Both the position numbers and the translations under genes were made by a program. This document shows, in pieces, positions 26,759 through 35,260 of a stretch of 64,000 nt of DNA. The notes beneath the pieces are model-generated. The model searched no databases. It saw nothing but the letters and a program-made list of their open reading frames with translations, and was not told the DNA's origin. Source of the DNA: Elusimicrobia bacterium GWC2_61_19 (lineage in GTDB: Bacteria; Elusimicrobiota; Elusimicrobia; Elusimicrobiales; UBA9959); NCBI GenBank assembly GCA_001799795.1, contig MGUD01000016.1, positions 2,105-66,104 of the forward strand, given 5' to 3'. Within the stretch, counting starts at the first letter, position 1; each line of letters starts with the position of its first letter.

Positions 26759-28030
26759 ATGGCACAAAGAGGCATAAGGGAATACGAAGGCAAGAAGATA
26801 CTTTTCGACGGTCTGGCCAAAACCATCCCGTCCTTTAAGGGCAAGTCGGAGAAGCTGGCGCTGGTGAAACCCGGCACCGACCCCAAACAGCTGGTGAAGG
26901 ACCATCCCTGGCTGCTTAAGGAAAAACTGGTGGCCAAACCCGACCAGCTGTTCGGCAAGCGCGGCAAACACGGCCTGCTTTGCCTGAACGCCGACTGGAA
27001 GACCGCCTGGAAATGGATCTCGGACCGGATGAACAAGACCGTCACCGTCGGCAAAACCACCGGTGAGCTGAACACCTTCATGATAGAGCCCTTCACCCCT
27101 CACAAAGAGGACGCCGAAGAATGTTACGTGGCCATACGCGCCTACCGCGACTATGATACCGTCTACCTCTCCAACAAGGGCGGCATCTACGTCGAGGAGA
27201 ACTGGGAGAAAGTGAAAGAGACCCACGTCCCCATCCTTTCCTCCATCGACGACGTAAAGCTGAATATGCCTGACTTCGGCAAGCGCAAGGCGCAGATAGA
27301 GGAGTTCGTTAAGGCCCTCTACAAAGTTTACGCGGAAGGCGGCTTCACCTACCTTGAAATAAACCCGTTCACCTTCTCCGGCGACGACATCGTGCCGCTG
27401 GACCTGGTGGCCAAGGTGGACGACACCGCCGCCTTCGAATGCGCCAAGGTCTGGGGCGGCCTGGAATTCCCCGCCCCCTTCGGCTCTACGCACACAAAAG
27501 AAGAAGACTTCATCCGCGGGCTGGACGAGAAGACCGGCGCCAGCCTAAAACTGACCGTGCTGAATCCCAAGGGCCGCATCTGGAACATGGTGGCCGGCGG
27601 CGGCGCCTCCGTCATCTACGCCGACACCGTCTGCGACCTGGGCTATTCCAAAGAACTCGCCAACTACGGCGAATACTCCGGCGATCCCTCCGCGGAGGAC
27701 ACCTACCAGTACGCGCGCACCGTGCTTGACCTGCTGACCCGGGAGAAAGGCGTTAAAGGCAAGGTGCTTATAATAGGCGGCGGCATCGCCAACTTCACCG
27801 ACGTAGCCAAGACCTTCACCGGCATCATAAAGGCCTTGAACGAGTACAAGACCAGGCTTACGGAGCAGAAGGTGAAGATCTACGTGCGGCGCGGAGGCCC
27901 CAACTATAAAGAGGGCCTCTCCAACATGCGCAAGCTCGGCGAGACCCTGGGCGTGCCCATAGAGGTTTACGGCCCCGAGACCCACATGACTTCCGTAGTT
28001 TCCATGGCCCTGGGAGGCAAAAAGAAATGA
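26759..28030 (+). CDS. aclB: ATP-citrate lyase small (beta) subunit, ATP-grasp part
   Basis: 423 aa. REYEGKKIL start, KPDQLFGKRGK, NMVAGGGASVIYADT and GGGIANFTDVA are as in ACL / succinyl-CoA-synthetase-beta-like proteins. Confidence 0.9.
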   Translation: MAQRGIREYEGKKILFDGLAKTIPSFKGKSEKLALVKPGTDPKQLVKDHPWLLKEKLVAKPDQLFGKRGKHGLLCLNADWKTAWKWISDRMNKTVTVGKTTGELNTFMIEPFTPHKEDAEECYVAIRAYRDYDTVYLSNKGGIYVEENWEKVKETHVPILSSIDDVKLNMPDFGKRKAQIEEFVKALYKVYAEGGFTYLEINPFTFSGDDIVPLDLVAKVDDTAAFECAKVWGGLEFPAPFGSTHTKEEDFIRGLDEKTGASLKLTVLNPKGRIWNMVAGGGASVIYADTVCDLGYSKELANYGEYSGDPSAEDTYQYARTVLDLLTREKGVKGKVLIIGGGIANFTDVAKTFTGIIKALNEYKTRLTEQKVKIYVRRGGPNYKEGLSNMRKLGETLGVPIEVYGPETHMTSVVSMALGGKKK

Positions 28031-29856
28031 AACCAGAACTTTTCACCAAAGACACCACCGCGATAGTTTACGGCTACCACACCAACGCCATCCAGCGCAT
28101 GCTGGACTTCGACTACGCCTGCGGGCGCAAGGTCCCGTCGGTGGCCGCCATAGTGGACCCGGGCCGCGAAGGCGTGCACAAGGCTTTCTTCGGCAAAGGC
28201 GAGATCCTGCTGCCCATGTACCGCACGCTGGCCGCGGCCGCCGAGACCCACCCGAAGGCCGACGTAGTGGTCAACTTCGCCTCTTTCCGCAGCGCTTTCG
28301 CCTCCAGCCTGGAAGCCCTGGAGCATCCCAACATCCGCACCGTGGCCGTTATAGCCGAGGGCATACCGGAACGGCGCGCCCGCATACTTGCCGCCACCGC
28401 CAAAAAGCTGGATAAAATGGTCATCGGCCCGGCCACCGTGGGCGGCATAAAGGCCGGCTGCTTCAAAATAGCCAATACCGCCGGCACGTATGAGAATATC
28501 GTCGAGTCCAAACTGCACCGACCCGGTTCCGTCGGCTTCGTGTCCAAGTCCGGCGGCCTTTCCAACGAGTGCTACAACATCATAGCCCGCAACTCGGACG
28601 GCCTCTACGAGGGCATAGCCATAGGCGGCGACGCCTACCCCGGCTCCACCCTGCTCGAGCACATCCTGCGCTACGAGGCCATCCCCGCCGTTAAAATGAT
28701 AGTGGCGCTGGGCGAAATAGGCGGCACCGAGGAGCTGCGCATAGTGGAAGCCCTCAAGACGAAGAAGATCAAAAAGCCGCTGGTGATCTGGGTGACCGGC
28801 ACCTGCTCCAAAATGTTCCCGGCTGGCGTGCAGTTCGGCCACGCGGGCGCCAAGGCCGGTTCGGACCTGGAAACGGCCGAAGCCAAGAACAAGGCCCTCA
28901 AGGACGCCGGCGCCATAGTGCCGGATTCTTTCGACAATTACGGCGTGATGATAGAGCGCACTTATGAAGCCCTCATGAAGAAGGGGGTCATAAAGCCCAC
29001 CGAAGAAGTTACCGCCCCTGTTCTTCCTATGGACTTCGCCCAGGCGATGAAAGAGGGCAAGATCCGCAAAGCCACCACTTTCATTAACACCATCTCCAAC
29101 GAGAAGAAAGAGGAGCTGGAATACTGTAATATGCCCATTTCCAAAGTGCTGGAAAGCGGCATGGGGATAGGCGGCGTGATAGGGCTGCTTTGGTTCAAGC
29201 GTGAACTGCCGGATTACGGGCGCAAGTTCCTCGAGACGGCGCTTATCCTGACGGCCGACCACGGGCCCGCCGTCTCAGGCGCGCATAACGCCATAGTGGC
29301 GGCGCGGGCCGGCAAGGATATCATCTCCTCGCTGGCTTCGGGCCTGCTTACCATCGGGCCGCGTTTCGGCGGCGCCATAGACGACGCCGCGCAGAATTTC
29401 AAGCGCGCGCACGACGCCGGGCTCACCCCTGCGCAGTTCGTAAAGGATATGAAGGCCAAGGGGCTTAACATCCCCGGCATCGGCCACAGGGTCAAGAGCA
29501 TCTCCAACCCGGACATGCGCGTGACGCAGCTGAAGGCCTTCTGCAAGAAGAACTTTAAACACACGGAACTGCTGGATTACGCGCTGGCCGTGGAACAGAT
29601 CACTTCGTCCAAGAAGGGCAACCTGATACTGAACGTGGACGGCTGCATCGGCATCTGCTTCGTGGACATGCTGGCGAGCTGCGGCTCTTTCAAGAAGTCG
29701 GAAATAGATAACATCGTGAGCATGGGCTGCCTCAACGCCCTGTTCGTAGTGGGCCGCTCCATCGGCATCTTCGGCCACATCTTCGACCAGAAGCGCCAGA
29801 AACAGCCCCTGTACCGCACCCCCTACGACGAAATAGCCTACATGACCGACCTGTAA
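28027..29856 (+). CDS. aclA: ATP-citrate lyase large (alpha) subunit
   Basis: 609 aa. Start overlaps the aclB stop (ATGA). CoA-ligase motif SKSGGLSNE, phospho-His motif QFGHAGA, and a citrate-synthase-like C-terminal domain. Confidence 0.9.
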   Translation: MKPELFTKDTTAIVYGYHTNAIQRMLDFDYACGRKVPSVAAIVDPGREGVHKAFFGKGEILLPMYRTLAAAAETHPKADVVVNFASFRSAFASSLEALEHPNIRTVAVIAEGIPERRARILAATAKKLDKMVIGPATVGGIKAGCFKIANTAGTYENIVESKLHRPGSVGFVSKSGGLSNECYNIIARNSDGLYEGIAIGGDAYPGSTLLEHILRYEAIPAVKMIVALGEIGGTEELRIVEALKTKKIKKPLVIWVTGTCSKMFPAGVQFGHAGAKAGSDLETAEAKNKALKDAGAIVPDSFDNYGVMIERTYEALMKKGVIKPTEEVTAPVLPMDFAQAMKEGKIRKATTFINTISNEKKEELEYCNMPISKVLESGMGIGGVIGLLWFKRELPDYGRKFLETALILTADHGPAVSGAHNAIVAARAGKDIISSLASGLLTIGPRFGGAIDDAAQNFKRAHDAGLTPAQFVKDMKAKGLNIPGIGHRVKSISNPDMRVTQLKAFCKKNFKHTELLDYALAVEQITSSKKGNLILNVDGCIGICFVDMLASCGSFKKSEIDNIVSMGCLNALFVVGRSIGIFGHIFDQKRQKQPLYRTPYDEIAYMTDL

Positions 29857-29870
29857 GCGTCCAGCCGGGC

Positions 29871-29911
29871 AAAAAAAGAACCGCAGGGGACTCCCCTGCG
29901 GTTCTTTTTTT
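29871..29911. terminator. Bidirectional intrinsic terminator between convergent aclA and the secreted HExxH protein gene
   Basis: aaaaaaa, then a 12-bp stem gaaccgcagggg / cccctgcggttc with loop act, then ttttttt. Confidence 0.75.
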
Positions 29912-29923
29912 ACGGGCCCCGCC

Positions 29924-31444
29924 TCAATCCCGCTTTTCCAGCAAAGACCTGCGGCTGAAGCTCTTTTCCAGATAGGTAATGACGGCCTTGCGGCCCGTGA
30001 CAGTGAGCGTGCCGGACTTGGTGATGGACAGATTTAAGCCGGTTTCGCTCAGAGACAATGTACCGAACGGGTAGACCCCGTCGGACAGCGGGAGTGATAC
30101 GCCGTCGATGAGCACCGCGGCCGAGGCGGCGGCGTGGAAGCGGACCCCGGAGCCCAGAACGGCGGGACGGTCCTCGAAGTGCAGCGTGAAGGTCTTGCCG
30201 CTGACATCAAGAACATGAAGGTGCGGCATAAGCGTTTCGCGCCCGTTCAGCTTGAAATCCGGATTGGTGCCGCTGAAGCCGAAATTAGTCTCTTTGTCCC
30301 AGGGCACCGGCACTTTCCACTCGATACCCGGAGAATTTTCATAGTCGGAGATGGCGCCGGCCTTGAGCGACTGGAAGTCGGCCGCCACCTGTTTACCGGT
30401 CCGGAGGAGGTCGTTGTAGCCGTGCTCCGCTTTGGCTTCGGCCAGGAGAGCTTGCCCGGTGCCGGAAGACATAGGATAGGAGAGGGCGAGCAGTTCATGC
30501 GGCGCGGCGCCGGCGGACACAAGCTCTTTCCAGCCCGCGTGGCCGGCACGGTCCAGCAGAAGGCCCTGGGCGGCGCCTGTGGCGTAATAGCGGCCTTTCT
30601 CCATGTCGTCTATCGTCGGAAAGCGGTCGAGCCTTCTGGTGATCAAAGGGATAACGCCACCCGGCACCGGAGCCACATCGGGCCGGGCCATTAAATTCTC
30701 CTCGATATATTGAGCCATCCCCTCGGTACGCTCCTGGTCCGTCTCGACATCGCCGCTGTCCGGCAGGCGGGTGTACCGTTCGGCGCGGACCGCCAGGAAT
30801 TGGCGGGCGAAGCGGGCGGACTCGGCCGGAGCGGCGGCCTGGAGAGCGCTTTTAAGCGCCCTCTGCTCCAGCGCGGCCAGGGCCAGGTCCTCGGCGTCGG
30901 GCTCACTGGCGCGCTGGCCGTACTGGGTAGCCGCGAAGCCTTTTTCCTGATAGATATGAAATCGTTCGTGGATTATCGTGTGAACGTCCCTCTCCGGCTT
31001 GTCGCCTGTCTGATAACGATAGGCGAATGAATCTATACCGTTGATATTCCGGTGAAACTGGAACGCAAAGTTCAGGTCGGAGATAACTCCCTGCTTCTCA
31101 AAGACCGTTCGAGGCGAGGAAAAGACCGCGTTATAACCGGCGGGCGGGTTAGGATGCGCTATAAGGAACGACCGCAGCCCCGCCTCGTAAAGAAGCACGG
31201 GCTGGCCGAATACGGAGTACCCGGGCCAGACAGGCGCACGCTGATTTGACAGGTCGGCGTTGAGCAGCAGGGTCACACGCGCGCCGACGGCCTCAACGTC
31301 GGAAACGGGAGCCGGAGGCGGGGTTATACTTTGAATTGATAAAGCCTGGCTGCCGTCAAAGACGCGGTCCCAGGTGTTCTGCGCGCAAATATTTTGAACA
31401 GGAAGAACGGTCAGAAAGGCCGTAAAAAGGGTTATTGATCTCAT
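29924..31444 (-). CDS. Secreted hypothetical protein with HExxH...EGxAxY (gluzincin-like putative metallopeptidase)
   Basis: ATG 31444 chosen; it gives the signal peptide MRSITLFTAFLTVLPVQNICAQ. The ORF-track start is a TTG 12 codons upstream. Motif IIHERFHIYQ, and 77 residues later ERTEGMAQYIEE. No other family recognised. Confidence 0.5.
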   Translation of the reverse strand: MRSITLFTAFLTVLPVQNICAQNTWDRVFDGSQALSIQSITPPPAPVSDVEAVGARVTLLLNADLSNQRAPVWPGYSVFGQPVLLYEAGLRSFLIAHPNPPAGYNAVFSSPRTVFEKQGVISDLNFAFQFHRNINGIDSFAYRYQTGDKPERDVHTIIHERFHIYQEKGFAATQYGQRASEPDAEDLALAALEQRALKSALQAAAPAESARFARQFLAVRAERYTRLPDSGDVETDQERTEGMAQYIEENLMARPDVAPVPGGVIPLITRRLDRFPTIDDMEKGRYYATGAAQGLLLDRAGHAGWKELVSAGAAPHELLALSYPMSSGTGQALLAEAKAEHGYNDLLRTGKQVAADFQSLKAGAISDYENSPGIEWKVPVPWDKETNFGFSGTNPDFKLNGRETLMPHLHVLDVSGKTFTLHFEDRPAVLGSGVRFHAAASAAVLIDGVSLPLSDGVYPFGTLSLSETGLNLSITKSGTLTVTGRKAVITYLEKSFSRRSLLEKRD

Positions 31445-31528
31445 TACATATAGGATAGCGTAAACCGGAACCCCCACCAAGGGCCGAAAGGGCAGCTTTT
31501 GCCGGCCTTTAGACCCAGGAACTTACGT

Positions 31529-31640
31529 GGGGACGCTGATGAATTGATTCCTAATTTTTACGTATTACTATCAAACAGATTACCCCCGACACTGGCTCTT
31601 AAAACAAGCAGCAATTAGGAATCAAGGAATCAGCGTCCCC
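31529..31640. repeat. 112-bp inverted-repeat element: 28-nt arms (25 complementary positions, central 3x3 mismatch) around a 56-bp AT-rich spacer
   Basis: Left arm ggggacgctgatgaattgattcctaatt (31529-31556). Right arm aattaggaatcaaggaatcagcgtcccc (31613-31640). The arms carry the heptamer TGATTCC/GGAATCA three times plus one degenerate copy. Confidence 0.8.
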
Positions 31641-31651
31641 TTCCAAATGGT

Positions 31652-32650
31652 TTAAAATGTCTGGGTTACTTTGTTGAGGCCTTTTGGGTTATCGGGGTTG
31701 AGGCCTTTGGAGAGGGCCAGGCGCAGGGCCAGGAGCTTCATGGAAATGTCCACCGGGATGCAGCTGAAAGGGAACTTAAGTCCGCCGGGCAGCACCACCT
31801 CGTAGGGCGTGCCGCGCTCGTGCAGGGCTTTTTTCACTTTGACGATATCGTCGGGCAGTTTAGCGGAGGGCGTGAACAGGAAGACCAGGTCGTTCTTGGT
31901 GTAGGCGCCCACCGGGCCGTGCAGGAACTCCGCCGCGGAATAACCCAGGGCGTGCGCCTTGGCCATCTCCCTGAACTTCAGGGCGGAGTCCTCGGCCACG
32001 GCGTTAAAGGCGCCGCGGCCCACGAACCCCAGCATATTGGCTTTTTTTATCCGACCAAGAATGGCTTGGTCTCCGTCTATTTTTTGAACCGCCTTACGCG
32101 CGGCGGCCACGGTGTCGCTGAAATCCTTCGGCGAGAAACAGCGGCTCCAGGCCTGCGCGGTCCACAGCACCGCCCACAGCTGCAGCTCAAAGCTCTTGGT
32201 GGCGGCCACGGGGACCTCTTTTGAACCGGAAAGGAGGATATGCCGCCCGGCCAGACGCGCCAGCGGATTGTTCTTCAGGTCGGCCTCGTTGGTGACAGCC
32301 ACGGCTTTCGCCCCCCACTTCATGAGTTTTTCTACGCAGGCGGTAATATCCTGGCTGCGCCCCGACTGCGAAAAGGCCCAGACGGCCTGGCCCTTGAAGT
32401 TGAGCGGCTTCTTCGCCTCGAAGATGGAATGCGGGTGGATGAAATTGGTGATCGTACCGGCGCAGGTTTCCCAGATATACTTGGCGAACAGCGTGGCCGT
32501 GCCGGAGGAACCGCGGCCCACCAGGTAGACCGTCTTCTCTTTCGACCGCAGGGCCAGTTTACCGAGGGAGCCGGCCCGCGAGGAAAAAGCTTCCAGCAGG
32601 GCGGGGATCTCGGCGATGTCGCCGTAAGTCAGGGTATCTTTGATGTTCAT
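31652..32650 (-). CDS. Double-SIS-domain protein, GlmS-isomerase-domain-only type (GlmD/NagB-II-like glucosamine-6-P deaminase or related sugar-phosphate isomerase)
   Basis: 332 aa. GRGSSGTA and SQSGRSQD SIS motifs. The C-terminal tail NPDNPKGLNKVTQTF resembles the GlmS tail (PRNLAKSVTVE). Confidence 0.7.
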   Translation of the reverse strand: MNIKDTLTYGDIAEIPALLEAFSSRAGSLGKLALRSKEKTVYLVGRGSSGTATLFAKYIWETCAGTITNFIHPHSIFEAKKPLNFKGQAVWAFSQSGRSQDITACVEKLMKWGAKAVAVTNEADLKNNPLARLAGRHILLSGSKEVPVAATKSFELQLWAVLWTAQAWSRCFSPKDFSDTVAAARKAVQKIDGDQAILGRIKKANMLGFVGRGAFNAVAEDSALKFREMAKAHALGYSAAEFLHGPVGAYTKNDLVFLFTPSAKLPDDIVKVKKALHERGTPYEVVLPGGLKFPFSCIPVDISMKLLALRLALSKGLNPDNPKGLNKVTQTF

Positions 32651-33489
32651 CCGGTTATCTTCTTTTTGGCTTTCCTTAGTTCTTTTATGCCGCGGTCTAT
32701 GTCGCGCAGGTCCAGGCCGGTGCGGCCGTAATGGGCGTGCTCTATCGGCGAATCCGGGCAGATATAGGTGCCGCGCTTTATGCCCTTGGGGTCTTTTTCC
32801 AGGCCCAGCCAGATCAGCCAGGGTTTAAGCCCGGTGAAATCCCTGGCCATCAGCTCCGGGTTGGACCGCATGAGCAGCTGCGGGTCGCCGAAACCGTCCA
32901 GCACCACGCCGGAGTGATACCCGGCCTCTTTGGCGGCCTCCACGTCGCGGTGAGTGTCGCCTATCACAAAGACGTCGCCCGACTTTATGGAGGTCAGCGC
33001 CAATTTCGCCGCCCTCTCCACGGCCTTCTGCAGCACCACGCAGCGGTGGTGGGAATCGCAGCCGAAACCGCCGAAAGCGAAATACTTCATAAGACCGGAG
33101 GGTTCCAGCTTTATAAAAGCCCCCTCCTTCAGGTTGCCGGTGCCCAGGCCGACCAGCACGTCCTTGCGCGCGGACAGTTTGGCCAGGAATTTTTCCACGC
33201 CTTTAACTTTTAAATATTTTTTCGCCTTTACAGAAAGCAGCACTTCCGCCGGCAGCCGGTCCACGTACTTCTGGGTCAGCGAGGCCATTTCCTTTTTGGT
33301 GGGCTTACGGCCGGCCCCCGCCTTAAAGGCGTTCTCGAAATTGGACTTGTCCGTGGCGCCCTGCAGCTGAAAAGCGCTGCAGGCGTCCTTACGGCCGGTC
33401 ATGGCCTGCACCGCGTGGTTCAGCGCCCGGGCGCCCGCGCCCCCGGCCTTGACCAGCGTCCCGTCGATGTCGAATAGTATGATCTTCAT
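32647..33489 (-). CDS. HAD-superfamily hydrolase with about 60-aa C-terminal extension
   Basis: 280 aa. Motif I LFDIDGTL and motif IV VIGDTHRDVEAA. The stop overlaps the downstream start (ATGA). Confidence 0.7.
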   Translation of the reverse strand: MKIILFDIDGTLVKAGGAGARALNHAVQAMTGRKDACSAFQLQGATDKSNFENAFKAGAGRKPTKKEMASLTQKYVDRLPAEVLLSVKAKKYLKVKGVEKFLAKLSARKDVLVGLGTGNLKEGAFIKLEPSGLMKYFAFGGFGCDSHHRCVVLQKAVERAAKLALTSIKSGDVFVIGDTHRDVEAAKEAGYHSGVVLDGFGDPQLLMRSNPELMARDFTGLKPWLIWLGLEKDPKGIKRGTYICPDSPIEHAHYGRTGLDLRDIDRGIKELRKAKKKITG

Positions 33490-33493
33490 AGTT

Positions 33494-34744
33494 TTAAAAC
33501 TTCGGGTAGACCACGTTGCCGTTCTTCAGCGTCAGCAGGTTCTGGTTGGCGCCGAAATAATAACAAAGCTCGCGGTAATCGTCAGCGCCGAAGAAAGCGA
33601 GGTCCGCCTGCATGCCGGGCGCCACGCTGCCCACCCTGTCGCCTATCCCCAGCGCCCAGGCCCCGTTGACCGTGGCCGCGCAGAGCGCCTCTTCGGGGGT
33701 CATGGCGCAATGGGTGCAGGCCGCCGCCAGCACGAACTGCATGTTCCAGCAGGGACAGGTACCGGGATTGAAGTCGGTAGCCAGCGCCACCGGCACGCCC
33801 TCGGCGATAATTTCGCGCGCGGGCGGATACTTGGCCAGGCCCAGGTAGAAATTGGAAGCCGGCAGCAGGGTGGCGATGGTGCCCGCGTCCCGCATGGCGG
33901 CGATATCCTCGGCGTAGACGTAATCGGCGTGGTCGGCGCTGACAGCGCCGGCCGCCGCCCCGGCGCGCGTACCGCCGTAATTGGAAAGCTGTTCCGAGTG
34001 GACTTTGGGTTTAAGCCCGAGCCGCGCGGCCTCTTTAAGGTAAGCCGTGGTCTGTTCCGGCGTGAAATAACCTTTCTCGCAGAAAATGTCGGCGAAGACC
34101 GCCAGCTTTTCTGCGGCGACTTTAGGCAGGATCTCCGCGGTCACGTGATCGAGGTACTTCTGCGCGTCACCTTTAAACTCGGGCGGCACGCTGTGCGCCG
34201 CCAGCAGCGTAGGCAGCATTTCCAGCGGCGTATATTTCTGCGCCTCGCGCACCGCCTTCAGCATTTTTAATTCGGACTCCAGGTTTAGCCCGTAGCCGCT
34301 TTTAACTTCTATAGTGGTGGTGCCGCATTCCAGGAAGCGCGCGGCGCGGGCGGCAAGCTGGGCCGCCATGGCCTTGGGTGCCTGCGCGCGCACGGCGCCG
34401 ATGCTCGACAGTATCCCCCCGCCGGCGGCTTTTATCTCCTGATAGGAAGCGCCGGCGGTGCGCATGGAGAAATCTTTAAGGCGCGGCTCGGCGAACACGG
34501 TGTGCGTATGGCTGTCCACGAAACCCGGCAGACAGATCCCGTTAACCTCCACCTGCCTGGCTTTCTTGGCCAGGCGGTGGCGCATAACCGCGGCCCGCGG
34601 TCCCGCCGCTTCTATAATGCCGCCATCCACCAGCACGGCGGCGTTCTTGACCAGGCCCGCCTCGCGCATGGCCGCCCCCGCGCGGGGAGCTTTGTCCCCC
34701 GCGAAGGTGAGCAGCTGCTTTATGCCGGTGAACAGTATAGCCAT
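33494..34744 (-). CDS. hutI: Imidazolonepropionase
   Basis: 416 aa. PGFVDSHTHTVF and EVKSGYGL motifs. The start overlaps the yajQ stop by 1 nt (TGATG). Confidence 0.9.
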   Translation of the reverse strand: MAILFTGIKQLLTFAGDKAPRAGAAMREAGLVKNAAVLVDGGIIEAAGPRAAVMRHRLAKKARQVEVNGICLPGFVDSHTHTVFAEPRLKDFSMRTAGASYQEIKAAGGGILSSIGAVRAQAPKAMAAQLAARAARFLECGTTTIEVKSGYGLNLESELKMLKAVREAQKYTPLEMLPTLLAAHSVPPEFKGDAQKYLDHVTAEILPKVAAEKLAVFADIFCEKGYFTPEQTTAYLKEAARLGLKPKVHSEQLSNYGGTRAGAAAGAVSADHADYVYAEDIAAMRDAGTIATLLPASNFYLGLAKYPPAREIIAEGVPVALATDFNPGTCPCWNMQFVLAAACTHCAMTPEEALCAATVNGAWALGIGDRVGSVAPGMQADLAFFGADDYRELCYYFGANQNLLTLKNGNVVYPKF

Positions 34745-35241
34745 CAGCGGAAATTATCGAACTGGAGCGTTATCTTGTAATCCCCGCCGCGCAGCAAGGT
34801 CATTACGTTCTGCAGTTCGTCCTTGGACTTGGAGGTGACGCGCAGCGTGTCGCCCTGGATGGAGACGTTCGCCTTCATTTTAGCGTCTTTAATGGCCCGC
34901 ACTATCTCCTTGGCTTTCTCCTGCGGTATGCCCTGCTGCACTTTCACCGCCTGTTTAGCCGTGCCGCCCAGCGCGTGTTCCACCTTCTGCGCCTCGAAAT
35001 TCTTCACCGGCAGGCCGCGCTTGGAAATCTTGGTGAGCAGCACGTCGAAAAGGGCCTTGACCTTATAATCGTCGGAAGACGACAGGAGTATGCTGTTGGC
35101 CTTCTTGTCGAAGTTTATCTCGGACTTGGAGTCCTTGAAGTCGTACCGGTTGATGACTTCCTTCATGGCGATGGCGATAGCCTCGTCCACCACGGTATAG
35201 TCCACCTTGGAAACCACGTCAAAACTGAATTCACTTGCCAT
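34744..35241 (-). CDS. yajQ: YajQ-family nucleotide (c-di-GMP)-binding protein
   Basis: 165 aa, collinear with E. coli YajQ (SFDVVSKVD...RYDFK...IQGDTLRVTSKSKDELQ...LQFDNFR). GGAGGA upstream of the ATG. Confidence 0.85.
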   Translation of the reverse strand: MASEFSFDVVSKVDYTVVDEAIAIAMKEVINRYDFKDSKSEINFDKKANSILLSSSDDYKVKALFDVLLTKISKRGLPVKNFEAQKVEHALGGTAKQAVKVQQGIPQEKAKEIVRAIKDAKMKANVSIQGDTLRVTSKSKDELQNVMTLLRGGDYKITLQFDNFR

Positions 35242-35260
35242 AATTAATATCCTCCGTTGG

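Noticed and set aside
25352-29262. 713-aa and 431-aa minus-strand ORFs opposite the aconitase and aclB/aclA genes
   Set aside because: They are shadow ORFs antisense to unambiguous aconitase and ATP-citrate lyase genes. No domains are recognisable.
31529-31640. The inverted-repeat elements (also 57357-57491) as IS or transposon ends
   Set aside because: There is no transposase or integrase ORF inside or nearby. The elements are only 112 and 135 bp long, and no convincing target-site duplication flanks either of them. A MITE-like origin cannot be excluded without genome-wide copy counts.
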